From the NCBI GenBank assembly GCA_051252135.1, contig JBPOGH010000011.1, positions 1-64,000 of the forward strand: 64,000 nucleotides of DNA, in the 5' to 3' direction. Origin of the DNA: Verrucomicrobiaceae bacterium. Lineage in GTDB: Bacteria; Verrucomicrobiota; Verrucomicrobiia; Verrucomicrobiales; Akkermansiaceae. A program made the position numbers and the translations under genes. Below are positions 50,267-63,625 of this stretch, one piece after another. The notes below the pieces were generated by a model. It was not told the DNA's origin. It did not search any database and saw only the letters and a program-made list of their open reading frames with translations. Numbering within the stretch: position 1 is the stretch's first letter; each line of letters starts with the position of its first letter.

Positions 50267-50740
50267 CTAGAAGCGAAAGTGGGCAAAGGCGCGGTTGGCC
50301 TGGGCCATTTTGTGAACGTCATCACGCTTACGAACGGAGTTGCCGGTATTATTGGCAGCATCCTTGATTTCGTTGGCAAGAGCGACGTGCATTGGGGTCC
50401 CCTTCTTGGCGCGAGCAAAGTTGATAATCCAACGCATCCCAAGAGATTCGGAACGGGCAGCATCCACCTCGAGAGGCACCTGATAGGTAGCTCCACCGAC
50501 ACGACGGCTTTTCACCTCAACACGAGGCTTTGCGTTTTCGATGGCACGCGTGAGAATCTCAAGCGGGTCAATGGTGTCAGTGCCCTCATTGGCACGATCG
50601 ATTGCAGCGTAGACGATGCGCTCAGAGAGCGAACGCTTTCCGTCCTTCATAATCTTGTTGATGAGACGACCGACAACAGGGCTGTCGAACTTCGAATCGC
50701 GCTGATCGGGCTTGTGGTAAACTCTTTTTCTGCGAGCCAT
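50267..50740 (-). CDS. rpsG: 30S ribosomal protein S7
   Basis: SRRVGGATYQVP, MAQANRAFAH. Confidence 0.98.
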   Translation of the reverse strand: MARRKRVYHKPDQRDSKFDSPVVGRLINKIMKDGKRSLSERIVYAAIDRANEGTDTIDPLEILTRAIENAKPRVEVKSRRVGGATYQVPLEVDAARSESLGMRWIINFARAKKGTPMHVALANEIKDAANNTGNSVRKRDDVHKMAQANRAFAHFRF

Positions 50741-50771
50741 GGTAAATTCTGGTTAAAAGTTGGGAGGATGA

Positions 50772-51143
50772 TTACTTGGGGCGCTTTGCACCATACTTGG
50801 AACGACCCTGCTTGCGGCCATCGACACCCAGGGTGTCGAGTGCTCCGCGAACAATGTGGTAACGAACACCCGGCAAATCCTTCACCCTGCCGCCGCGAAT
50901 CAACACGATGGAGTGCTCTTGAAGATTGTGACCTTCTCCACCGATGTAAGCGATTACTTCGTATCCATTGGTGAGGCGCACTTTGGCAACCTTACGGAGA
51001 GCGGAGTTCGGCTTCTTGGGGGTGCGGGTATAGACCTGCAGACAAACGCCACGACGCTGTGGACAGTTGTTCAAAGCCGGAGATTTCGACTTGGTTACTG
51101 CCTTCTTCCGGCCTTTGCGGACGAGTTGATTGATTGTTGGCAT
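50772..51143 (-). CDS. rpsL: 30S ribosomal protein S12
   Basis: [22 protein letters not shown]. Confidence 0.99.
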   Translation of the reverse strand: MPTINQLVRKGRKKAVTKSKSPALNNCPQRRGVCLQVYTRTPKKPNSALRKVAKVRLTNGYEVIAYIGGEGHNLQEHSIVLIRGGRVKDLPGVRYHIVRGALDTLGVDGRKQGRSKYGAKRPK

Positions 51144-51354
51144 AATGCGATCGTGTTAGGATTACGATTTGAGGATGTGTTTAGGAAAAAAGTTCTCGAT
51201 CTCAACCAGATGACGTCACCGGGAGCTCAGAGAGAATCCTCTCAAGAGCCTGTTATCCGGAGCTGCACCCGATAGTTAAAATCGTTATTTGAAGGAGCTA
51301 AAACTGAAGAAACCTCAATGGCTTCTTAATTTCAGCCCCGATTTGGGGGCCGCG

Positions 51355-51382
51355 ACTATATGAATGAACCTCCACCTGGCAA
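51355..51382 (-). promoter_or_regulatory. Putative sigma70 promoter of the str superoperon
   Basis: TTGCCA-16 nt-TATAGT followed by a GC-rich discriminator, about 210 nt upstream of rpsL. Confidence 0.6.
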
Positions 51383-51503
51383 GGGATAATTTGCAAAATC
51401 TTTCCCTTTTCTGGCAAAAGCCTTCTTTACATGGCCTTAAACAGAAAAACTCCCTCTCAAGTTGATGCCTGAGGCGGAATTTCTCGATTATTCGATCAAT
51501 CAC

Positions 51504-51578
51504 TGGTAGCAGCGGGCGGATTTGAACCGCCGACAAAAGGCTTATGAGTCCTCTGCTCTACCCCTGAGCTACGCTGCC
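51504..51578 (-). tRNA. tRNA with CAU anticodon (probably elongator Met; Ile2 not excluded)
   Basis: GGCAGCG/CGCTGCT acceptor, CTCATAA anticodon loop, GGTTCAAATCC, CCA end; lacks initiator features. Confidence 0.93.
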
Positions 51579-51758
51579 CTATCAGTGAGGTGATCTACCG
51601 TGCGAAGGAGAAGAATTAACCCCTCACCTCATTCGGAGGACGGGGCAATATCGCTGACTCGCCTAGCTGTCTACCAAAAACCGAAGAAAAAGGGGAAAAA
51701 AATATAATCAGTAGAGAATATCAACTTTTCTCGACCTTCACCGCGGATTGATGGAGCC

Positions 51759-51794
51759 AAAAAAACCCGACTGGACGTATCCGGTCGGGCTTTT
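51759..51794 (-). terminator. Intrinsic terminator of gap
   Basis: CCCGACCGGA-TACG-TCCAGTCGGG-TTTTTTT on the minus strand. Confidence 0.85.
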
Positions 51795-51813
51795 GAACGT
51801 TCGGTAATCAAAC

Positions 51814-52890
<1,077 letters not shown>

Positions 52891-53026
52891 TCAAGGAATG
52901 GCGCACGAGAGGGATTCTCATGACAATCAAGAATTCCAAACTCCACAGGAAAGTCCCAAAATACCGAGCCCTCGATCCCCTTGATCAACGATTCATCTCA
53001 AGTATTTGCGTTAGCTCACCGCCCAC

Positions 53027-53053
53027 AAAAAAGCCCGGGTTATTGACCCGGGC
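53027..53053 (-). terminator. Intrinsic terminator of gyrA
   Basis: GCCCGGGT-CAATA-ACCCGGGC-TTTTTT on the minus strand. Confidence 0.85.
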
Positions 53054-53085
53054 CTGTATCGCAATTCTCAGGGACTTGCTTTATT

Positions 53086-55728
53086 TTACTCCTCTCCGTC
53101 ACCCTCAAGTCCTGAATCACCATCGGAGTCATTCTCGACATCCTCTTCGGATTCATCGTCAGGCATTACTCGGGCAATAGCTTGTAGCTTCTCCCCCTTA
53201 TTGAGAGTGACCAACTTAACACCTTGGGTGTTCCGCCCGCATTCCCGGACATCACTGACCCGGATTCGGATACTTTGACCGCCATCAGTCATCAGCATCA
53301 ATTCATCCTCTTCGCAAACCGAAGTCGCCCCAATAACCTGGCCTGTTTTTTCGGTACACTTCATGGTGATCATTCCAACACCACCTCGATTCTTGGCCAT
53401 GTAGTCACCGAAAGGAGTTCGTTTCCCGATTCCATTTTCGGATGCCACCAGCAGTTTGGCGTCATCACTGACAACGGCGAGACCCACGACGAAGTCCCCT
53501 TCCCTTGGTTTGATACCTCGAACTCCTGCCGAATTACGCCCCATGACACGGGCTTGTCCTTCGTTGAAACGAGTACTCATTCCTTTGTGGGTTACCAGCA
53601 TCACATCATCCTTACCGGATGTGAGGCGGACGCTGATCAGCTCGTTTCCTTCATCTAGCTTAATCGCAATCGTACCAGCCTTCCGGTAATTTCGGAAATC
53701 ATTGAGGCTGGTCTTCTTGACCTTGCCTGATCGGGTGGCGAAAAACACATTGCCCCCGTCTTCACGGAAGGTCACATCGTTCCCCTCCTCATCCTTAACA
53801 TATTCAAGTCGGAGAACAGCAGCAATAGACTCCTCGGGAGTGAGATTCAGAACATTTTTAAGGCTCCGGCCTTTGGATGCACGTGAACCTTCAGGCAACC
53901 CATAAACACGCTCTACATAAACCCTTCCGGTATTCGTGAAGAACATGAGATAGTCATGCGCTTGAGCCGTAAAGAGATGCTCAACGAAGTCACTCTCCTC
54001 ATCTTCATCTGCCCTCGCGTTGCGGGTCTCCATCCCCCGCACGCCCTTCCCTCCACGGGCTTGAACTCGATACTCGCTGGCGGCGGTGCGTTTCACATAA
54101 CCACGATGACTGAGAGTAACAATCATCCCGTCATTGGAAATCAAATCCTCGATAGCTATCTCACCCTCATCCGGAAGAATCGGACAACGCCGTGGAGTTG
54201 CAAATTTCTCCTTAATTTCAAGAAGTTCATCCTTGATGATCGCCAGCACCCGCTCTTCGCGAGCCAGGATATCGAGCAAGTCCTTGATCTCTTCGATAAT
54301 GGCATCGTATTCAGCCTTTATCTTATCCTGCTCCATCGCAGTCAACTGATAGAGACGGAGTTCCAAAATGGCGTTCACCTGCCGGTCGGTGAAAATGTAC
54401 TTGTCTCCCACCACACTGGGCTGGCTGCGGATAAGAACCCCCAGCGCTTTGGCTGCCTCCGTTGTGAAAGTATAGGCTTTGATCTTCTTGCGGGCTTCGT
54501 CGCGATTCTTGGAATCCCTGATCATCCTGATGAAGTCATCAAGATGACCCAAGGCAAGCAGGAAGGCCTCAAGGTTCTCAGCACGCTCTTCGGCTTTTTT
54601 GAGCAGATAGCGGGTCCGGCGAATCACAACTTCCCGTCTGTGCTCGATAAAGGCATCCAGTGCGTCCAATAGACCCAACTGTTTGGGGCGACGCTCATGA
54701 ATCGCGAGCATATTTACTCCAAAGGATGTCTCCATTGCAGTAAGCTTGAACAACTGATTCACCACCACCTGAGGTCGGGCGTCTCTTTTCAGAGTGATCT
54801 CGATGCAGGTATCGTCAGCGGACAGGTCTCGCATCCCTGAAATATCCACCAGAACCTTTTCCCTCACGAGTTCGGCAATACGAACTTGAAGAGTCGCCCG
54901 GTTCACGCCATGCGGAACCTGGCGAATGATGATTTGGGAAGCTCCTGTTTTACTCTCGGTAACCTCCATGACTCCTCGCATCTTGATACTCCCCCGGCCG
55001 GTCCGAAAATAGCTATCAATCCCCTTAAAACCACGAATCTCACAGGCTGAAGCAAAATCGGGCCCTTTGATATAGCCCTTCATCTCATCTATCGAGATGT
55101 AAGGATCATCAATTCGGGCACAAACACCGTCAATCACCTCACCCATGTTGTGGGCCGGAATATTGGTGGCCATGCCTACCGCAATTCCTGTCCCTCCGTT
55201 AACCAAAAGATTGGGAATTGCCGCCGGAAGTACGACAGGCTCCTTACTATTTTCATCGTAAGTCGTTTGATGATCCACCGTCTCCTTCTCAAGATCAGTC
55301 ATCATCGCCGAACCCATATGTGTCAGACGCGCCTCGGTGTAACGCATTGCTGCGGGCGCATCCCCTTCAACCGATCCAAAGTTTCCCTGACCATCAACCA
55401 GCGTCTCCCGCATCGTCCATGGCTGCGCCATATTAACAAGTGTCGGATAAATCGCTCCATCACCGTGTGGGTGATACTTACCCATCGTCTCTCCCACAAT
55501 ACGTGCGCACTTAAGGTGAGCCTTGGAAGCGGAGAGCGAAAGGTCGTGATGCATAGCATACAGCAACCGGCGCTGGGAAGGCTTGAGCCCGTCTCGGGCA
55601 TCTGGCAAAGCTCGGGAAATGATCACTGACATCGAATAGTCCAGGAAAGACTTCGACATTTCGTCAGCTACATTAATTGATTCGATATGGTCGCGTGGTG
55701 CGATTGGTTCTGGAGTGTCGTCGGACAT
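53086..55728 (-). CDS. gyrA: DNA gyrase subunit A
   Basis: AAMRYTEAR active site, GyrA-box QARGGKG, beta-pinwheel repeats, acidic tail. Confidence 0.97.
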   Translation of the reverse strand: MSDDTPEPIAPRDHIESINVADEMSKSFLDYSMSVIISRALPDARDGLKPSQRRLLYAMHHDLSLSASKAHLKCARIVGETMGKYHPHGDGAIYPTLVNMAQPWTMRETLVDGQGNFGSVEGDAPAAMRYTEARLTHMGSAMMTDLEKETVDHQTTYDENSKEPVVLPAAIPNLLVNGGTGIAVGMATNIPAHNMGEVIDGVCARIDDPYISIDEMKGYIKGPDFASACEIRGFKGIDSYFRTGRGSIKMRGVMEVTESKTGASQIIIRQVPHGVNRATLQVRIAELVREKVLVDISGMRDLSADDTCIEITLKRDARPQVVVNQLFKLTAMETSFGVNMLAIHERRPKQLGLLDALDAFIEHRREVVIRRTRYLLKKAEERAENLEAFLLALGHLDDFIRMIRDSKNRDEARKKIKAYTFTTEAAKALGVLIRSQPSVVGDKYIFTDRQVNAILELRLYQLTAMEQDKIKAEYDAIIEEIKDLLDILAREERVLAIIKDELLEIKEKFATPRRCPILPDEGEIAIEDLISNDGMIVTLSHRGYVKRTAASEYRVQARGGKGVRGMETRNARADEDEESDFVEHLFTAQAHDYLMFFTNTGRVYVERVYGLPEGSRASKGRSLKNVLNLTPEESIAAVLRLEYVKDEEGNDVTFREDGGNVFFATRSGKVKKTSLNDFRNYRKAGTIAIKLDEGNELISVRLTSGKDDVMLVTHKGMSTRFNEGQARVMGRNSAGVRGIKPREGDFVVGLAVVSDDAKLLVASENGIGKRTPFGDYMAKNRGGVGMITMKCTEKTGQVIGATSVCEEDELMLMTDGGQSIRIRVSDVRECGRNTQGVKLVTLNKGEKLQAIARVMPDDESEEDVENDSDGDSGLEGDGEE

Positions 55729-55768
55729 TGAATCTTAGGCAGAAAAATTAAAAAACGGAAACAGACTG

Positions 55769-58405
<2,637 letters not shown>

Positions 58406-58451
58406 TTAGATAACCGACACCCATTCACCCTTTATTCCAAAAGGCTCCCAC

Positions 58452-58886
58452 CTAGCTGGCAAACTGACTTTGAAGCCAGTAAGCCACTGCTAGCACCACT
58501 GCCAAAACCACCAATCCCGCAAGCAGCATCTTCACTACTGCAGCTACTTCCATTTTTTCCTGATGCGCCTCTGACAATCCGGTATTTGGACTGACTGCAC
58601 GACGCCGCCTTGCCTGGTCCTGAATCTTCTCCCCCGAATGATCTGGAGTAGTGATCTGAGCATCAGCCTGTAAAGTTTCACTTGGAGCGGCCTCCCTGGC
58701 CTTCACTTCCCGAGGCTTTACTTCAATGCTCTGTGGTGCTGTCGGAACAGGAGCTGAAATATCGCGACCACACGATGGGCAGGGTCCGGTGATTCCTGCT
58801 AGAGAAGCACCGACTGTCAAGGAGGTCTGGCAATGCTGACAGACAAAATGAATGACACTCTCTGGTTCCTGACTTTGACCAACCAT
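58452..58886 (-). CDS. Zinc-ribbon protein with C-terminal membrane anchor
   Basis: CQHC...CPSC near the N-terminus, low-complexity linker, single C-terminal TM. Confidence 0.65.
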   Translation of the reverse strand: MVGQSQEPESVIHFVCQHCQTSLTVGASLAGITGPCPSCGRDISAPVPTAPQSIEVKPREVKAREAAPSETLQADAQITTPDHSGEKIQDQARRRRAVSPNTGLSEAHQEKMEVAAVVKMLLAGLVVLAVVLAVAYWLQSQFAS

Positions 58887-58932
58887 GAATAAAAGATAAC
58901 GACTAAACTAAATCCTTCCAACCAAAGATTCG

Positions 58933-59988
58933 TTACAAATCCAACAAAGTCCGTTGCCAACTAAGAAGAATATCCTCGGGCTCCGCCCGTCCCCCAACAA
59001 TTTGCTCCAAAACAGGACGGGAAGCGATGACAGAGGGATCAATTTCCAACCCTGTAGCAATCTCGTTCCGCTTGCTCATGATTGATTTTAATCGCGTTTC
59101 AAATTCCGGGTCCGAACTTCGCCTTTCCCTTTTGGGACGTTTGGGCCACTCCTCCTCCGGAACCGTTCGCGCCCGTTTAATGGCGTCTTCCAACCGCTTT
59201 CTCCGATCCGGACGAAGCTTCGGTGGATAGGATATCCTGCGATCCAACGCAAGGTCCTCTGACCACTGTATTAGCTGCTTATTACCAGCGACCATAAAAC
59301 TTGGCCGATTCCAAGCTGCCGCTTCCTGATCGCGCCAAGCCCATACCTCCTTCAAGAAAACCAGTCCTCTCGGCTTCAATTTTCCGCTTCCGGAAATTCT
59401 CCACGACTGCTTTTCCTCTAGCTCCCTATTAAGGACCCGGGCTTGCGCTGCCTCACAAGATTCTAGAAACCACTCATAGCGCCCCAACTCCTTCAACCGT
59501 GTTTCAACACGGGAGGCCAGAGGCAAAAGATAGCGCACATCATTGATGGCATACTCCAACATCTTCTCGCTCAACGGCCGCTTACCCCAATCTGCTTTCT
59601 GCGAACTCTTGGACAACTCCACTCCAAAATATTGCTCAACCAGCCCTGCATACCCAAAACGCTCATGCCCCAACAATTGCGCTGCAATTTGCGTATCGTA
59701 GAGCATCGGCGGTACAAACCCCCACTCCTTGATCATGAGCGCCATATCATAATCTGCTCCATGCATCCAGACTGAGGCCTTTTTGATCCAAGCAACAAGT
59801 GGCTCAAGATTCGCATCTCCCAGAGGATCTACCAGTGCAACTTGGTCCTGGTAACAAACCTGCACCAGGCAAATGCGCTCCGAATATCGATACAGGCTAT
59901 CAGCTTCCAAATCGAGGCCGACTTCTCCAGGTCCATTTGGAAGCGAAGCGACAAGCTCCAGAGGATCAAAATAATGGGTTGATGCCAT
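58933..59988 (-). CDS. rnd: Ribonuclease D (DEDDy exonuclease + HRDC)
   Basis: DLEAD, HGADYD, DTQIAA, ADWGKRPL, YAINDV. Confidence 0.9.
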   Translation of the reverse strand: MASTHYFDPLELVASLPNGPGEVGLDLEADSLYRYSERICLVQVCYQDQVALVDPLGDANLEPLVAWIKKASVWMHGADYDMALMIKEWGFVPPMLYDTQIAAQLLGHERFGYAGLVEQYFGVELSKSSQKADWGKRPLSEKMLEYAINDVRYLLPLASRVETRLKELGRYEWFLESCEAAQARVLNRELEEKQSWRISGSGKLKPRGLVFLKEVWAWRDQEAAAWNRPSFMVAGNKQLIQWSEDLALDRRISYPPKLRPDRRKRLEDAIKRARTVPEEEWPKRPKRERRSSDPEFETRLKSIMSKRNEIATGLEIDPSVIASRPVLEQIVGGRAEPEDILLSWQRTLLDL

Positions 59989-59995
59989 ACAATAG

Positions 59996-60026
59996 AAAGC
60001 GGGGAAGGATTCCCTTCCCCGCTTTT
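59996..60026. terminator. Strong hairpin/terminator between S8 protease and rnd
   Basis: AAAGCGGGGAAGG-ATTC-CCTTCCCCGCTTT. Confidence 0.75.
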
Positions 60027-60081
60027 GTAAGTTTAGAACGCAGATTCCACAACAACTGTTGTTTCAAATACTACGGAATTA

Positions 60082-63000
60082 CTATGGACGCTCAGTTACC
60101 ATCACGCGATAGAAATGCTGCTGATAGAAAGGATTCTCACAAATAGGAATCCGGTGAATCTGCACATAGCCTTCCATTCTGTCGAAAGAGGCGAAAGTCG
60201 TCTCCTCCCAGGATTCAAGATCGAAAGATTCTTGGGCTTCGTAATTCAGGTCGGTATTCCGTGTGTCGATACCAAACTCAATCCAACGACCATTGGAGGT
60301 GGTTACATGAGTCGGAGCATAACGAGGGATATCGCTAACAAGCGGGTTGCCTCCAAACGCATACTCTTCACGGTTGGAATATCCATCGGCATCCGGATCA
60401 GCATCAAGGTCTCCTACCCCGTGAAGTCCAGCCCAAGTGGCAATTGAATTTTGAGGCGTGATCTGAATGTTATCCAGATAGGCGGTATCATCACTGGCCT
60501 CTCCTGAAAAATCCTTACGGAATCGAATCTCAATGTAGTTACGCCCCTCAGGGAGAGTATGGGTTACTGTGGTCCAACCCACGTCACCCGAACCTGTGAT
60601 TCCTACGGCATCGTTCATTAACAGCCCATTAAGAACATACTCAATGCCATCTCCAGGAGCAGAAGACACCTTATAGTCGAAGGACAATTCTGCAGGACCG
60701 TCATACCAAGCGGCCAATGTAACGGCCTGTCCGTCACCAATCCCGGAAGCTTTCAACGAGAAACCATCAGTAGCGGTGGCATCAGCGATAGGAATCCAGA
60801 GTGTTCTACTTGGTAACGTAAAGTCGAAATTAATGTTTCCATAATCCTCCACGTTCTTTTGGTAAGTCTCAACACTCTCAAATTTGACATTATCCACATA
60901 ACCCCTATCCAGCCCTCCGGCGTTGGTAGAGTCCTTGCTGTATATCCACTCAATGGTGTTGGATGCCTTCGGAAGCAACACTGACACTTGACTCCAGTCT
61001 TTTTCTCCGTCGATGAACGCATCCCAGATATGAGGAATCTGCGACCCTCCACCCTGATTAAACCAGAGACGGTCAAATCCATCTTCAGAAGAAACACTCC
61101 AGCTGTAGGTAATCACACTTTGTGCTACGTTACTAAAGCCGAATCTTGACTCAAGGTTGTCGCCAAGGTTTTCGGCACTTCCAACGGCGTCGCCGTCAGT
61201 ATCAACATTGGCAAATTCAAAGTCCCAAGGAGCGTCTCCACCCGAAGTCGTGTCGCGGGCATCTTGCTCGACGGCAGCACCGAGAGAGAACGCTGTTGGG
61301 CGAATCACCAAAGAAATCGTCACATTGGACGTTCCCGATGGACCCATGATCGCAAGCGGTGTTTCAAAAACACCAGCTTCCGAAGGAGTTCCGGAAATAA
61401 TTCCGGATGCGGCATTGAAGGAGAGGCCGGCAGGCAAAGCTCCCACGGTAACAGAGTCCGCACCAAGAGTTTCAAGCTCATAGGTCAATGCCACCCCTTG
61501 AGTGGCGAAGATCACACGGTCACTGACCAACAGCGGTGCCTGAACAACAGGTGCACTTGCATCTTCCTTCCCGTGAATGATCAATTGAGCGTTGTTGAGC
61601 GTCGCAGGAGCATTACCAGGTCGGCGATCAGTGACTCGCAACACCCACGTGCCCTGTGAGCCTTCTCCCCAGTTGCGCATGGTCAGGAAGGTCCAATCAT
61701 TGATTCCTTGGTCATTCCCATTTCCGTGGGCACGGTGAAGGATGCTTTGTGTGCCGTTGGGAGAAATCAAAACAACATCAAGGTCTCCCCTACGTTCGGC
61801 TAGAATACGGGTCCGCAACTGAACGTGCTCGACCCGTCGGTTATTCTCACCGGACAGATCAAATGTCATCACATAGGAGTCTCCCGTCCCATTTGGAATG
61901 GTAGCGGTTACAAGACGGTTTAGCTTCAATGGCGCGATCACTTCTTTCTGCCCGGCAACCCGTTGGCGAAGCAGGTTGGGAAGAGTGCGATCTTTGGCGG
62001 CCTGAACAGCTGCTGCGGCATCCACCAGGCCGGCTCCATAATTGTGGTTGAACCAGAGGCCCGCGGCATTCTGATACCAATCTCCATTGCTGGGATCCAC
62101 CTTCACTGCCGTTTGCATCAAAATCTCCTGAATGTCCCGCCATCCAATGAGACGGTTCGCATCGATCATCAATGCCGCGACTCCGGAAATCTGGGGAGTC
62201 GCTGCAGACGTTCCACCAAACTGGCTGGTGAACCCCGGAACGATCGTATCGGTTTCGTCGAGAAGGATAGTTGTCGTGCTGATTCCTTGTCCACCTCCGT
62301 CAGAAGGGGCTGAAATCACCAGGTTTGCCCCCGGCTCTGAATAGGAAGCTCTGACCCCTCCATCAGTAACGGCACCAACTGCAATAGTTTCAGGAAGATT
62401 GGCAAATCCATCGTAATTGGAATTATCACTGTTTTCAGCTCCATTTCCACCAGCCCAAACAAAAACAGTTCCCGATTGCAGCGCGCGGTTACCTTGCGCT
62501 GCAGTCTCAATGGCAGCTTTGGCGAGTGGGCTCGCTGGCTCCATCGTGGTTTCAAAGTCACTGAAGCCCCAGCTGTTATTGGAAACAAAATTCTTAACTC
62601 CATTATGACCTAAGGCATCGGCAATATCCGCGTCATCTGGAAATCCGTCACCAAGAAGTCGAATACCAACAAGATCAGCATTGGGAGCGACACCAGAAAT
62701 ACCAACATCATTATTCCGTTCCGCTCCAATGATGCCTGCCACTTCAGTTCCGTGGGTGTCAACGGCATTCATCGGATCCGCATCTTCATTACCTTCAACC
62801 AGATTCACATCGTCATTGATGTTGTAATTATTGACCAAATCCGGGTGTGGGTGAAACACTCCGTCGTCAACCACTACTACTGGGATTCCGGTGCCATCTA
62901 CACCGGCAGTGTTCCCCGCGTTCATCACTTCCCAAGCTGCCTCGATATTAATATCAACTCCAGCCAACCCGTTGTTTGCCCCGGTATTTTTGAGATTCCA

Positions 63001-63576
63001 CTGGTAGTCTCCCGGTGGAGAATAAAAAGGATCGGTTGGCACCAGGCGCTTAAACAACTTACGACCAAAAATGGGCTCGGCGTATTCCACGGATGGATCA
63101 GCTGCAACAGCATCCAACATGTTTAGAACCTTTGACGCACTCGACTCTTCACAAATTGCAAGTCCATGGTCGGGAAAGCGCAAATCAATCTTGGAAATTC
63201 CACAACGCTTTTTTACTGCATCAATGTCAGCGCCAGGGCGAAGTTTGATTAAGAACCGATTTTTTAAAACCTTTGCTTTGTCCTGGTTCCCTTCCTCTCC
63301 GGCAGGATAGAAAACGAGAAAGTTTGCTCCGGCATCCTGGTCAGCAAGAGCCATCACCTTCTTGACGCCTCCTTCCACCGCTTCAATTTGCAGTGCCCCG
63401 CTTGGCCCCTTGGAGCAGACCTCGGTGGTGCAAAGCTGAAGGGAATAGGGCTGACCCGAATTGGTAAACTGGAACATCTGTGCAGCTGGAGCCGCTCCAA
63501 ATTTTGGCGCCACTTGGCCAAAGGCTGCCCCTGAAAGGAGCAGCAGGGAGATGAGAGAAAGTCTGGTAGATTTCAT
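60082..63576 (-). CDS. Secreted kexin/furin-like S8 serine protease with P-domain, Ig-like domain and two repeated beta-sandwich modules
   Basis: Triad VVDDG, HGTEVAG, GGTSAA; NHNYGAG; P-domain VEHVQ..GDL..L.SPNGT; LPAGLSFNAASGIISGTP. Confidence 0.9.
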   Translation of the reverse strand: MKSTRLSLISLLLLSGAAFGQVAPKFGAAPAAQMFQFTNSGQPYSLQLCTTEVCSKGPSGALQIEAVEGGVKKVMALADQDAGANFLVFYPAGEEGNQDKAKVLKNRFLIKLRPGADIDAVKKRCGISKIDLRFPDHGLAICEESSASKVLNMLDAVAADPSVEYAEPIFGRKLFKRLVPTDPFYSPPGDYQWNLKNTGANNGLAGVDINIEAAWEVMNAGNTAGVDGTGIPVVVVDDGVFHPHPDLVNNYNINDDVNLVEGNEDADPMNAVDTHGTEVAGIIGAERNNDVGISGVAPNADLVGIRLLGDGFPDDADIADALGHNGVKNFVSNNSWGFSDFETTMEPASPLAKAAIETAAQGNRALQSGTVFVWAGGNGAENSDNSNYDGFANLPETIAVGAVTDGGVRASYSEPGANLVISAPSDGGGQGISTTTILLDETDTIVPGFTSQFGGTSAATPQISGVAALMIDANRLIGWRDIQEILMQTAVKVDPSNGDWYQNAAGLWFNHNYGAGLVDAAAAVQAAKDRTLPNLLRQRVAGQKEVIAPLKLNRLVTATIPNGTGDSYVMTFDLSGENNRRVEHVQLRTRILAERRGDLDVVLISPNGTQSILHRAHGNGNDQGINDWTFLTMRNWGEGSQGTWVLRVTDRRPGNAPATLNNAQLIIHGKEDASAPVVQAPLLVSDRVIFATQGVALTYELETLGADSVTVGALPAGLSFNAASGIISGTPSEAGVFETPLAIMGPSGTSNVTISLVIRPTAFSLGAAVEQDARDTTSGGDAPWDFEFANVDTDGDAVGSAENLGDNLESRFGFSNVAQSVITYSWSVSSEDGFDRLWFNQGGGSQIPHIWDAFIDGEKDWSQVSVLLPKASNTIEWIYSKDSTNAGGLDRGYVDNVKFESVETYQKNVEDYGNINFDFTLPSRTLWIPIADATATDGFSLKASGIGDGQAVTLAAWYDGPAELSFDYKVSSAPGDGIEYVLNGLLMNDAVGITGSGDVGWTTVTHTLPEGRNYIEIRFRKDFSGEASDDTAYLDNIQITPQNSIATWAGLHGVGDLDADPDADGYSNREEYAFGGNPLVSDIPRYAPTHVTTSNGRWIEFGIDTRNTDLNYEAQESFDLESWEETTFASFDRMEGYVQIHRIPICENPFYQQHFYRVMVTERP

Positions 63577-63625
63577 GGGAAACAAGGCGAGGATTGCCGG
63601 GTAGGTGTTTTAAAAATGGGGCTGA

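Noticed and set aside
51586..51631. TGAGGTGA/TCACCTCA stem upstream of the CAU tRNA as a separate ncRNA
   Set aside because: A single 8-bp stem is more simply part of the pre-tRNA leader
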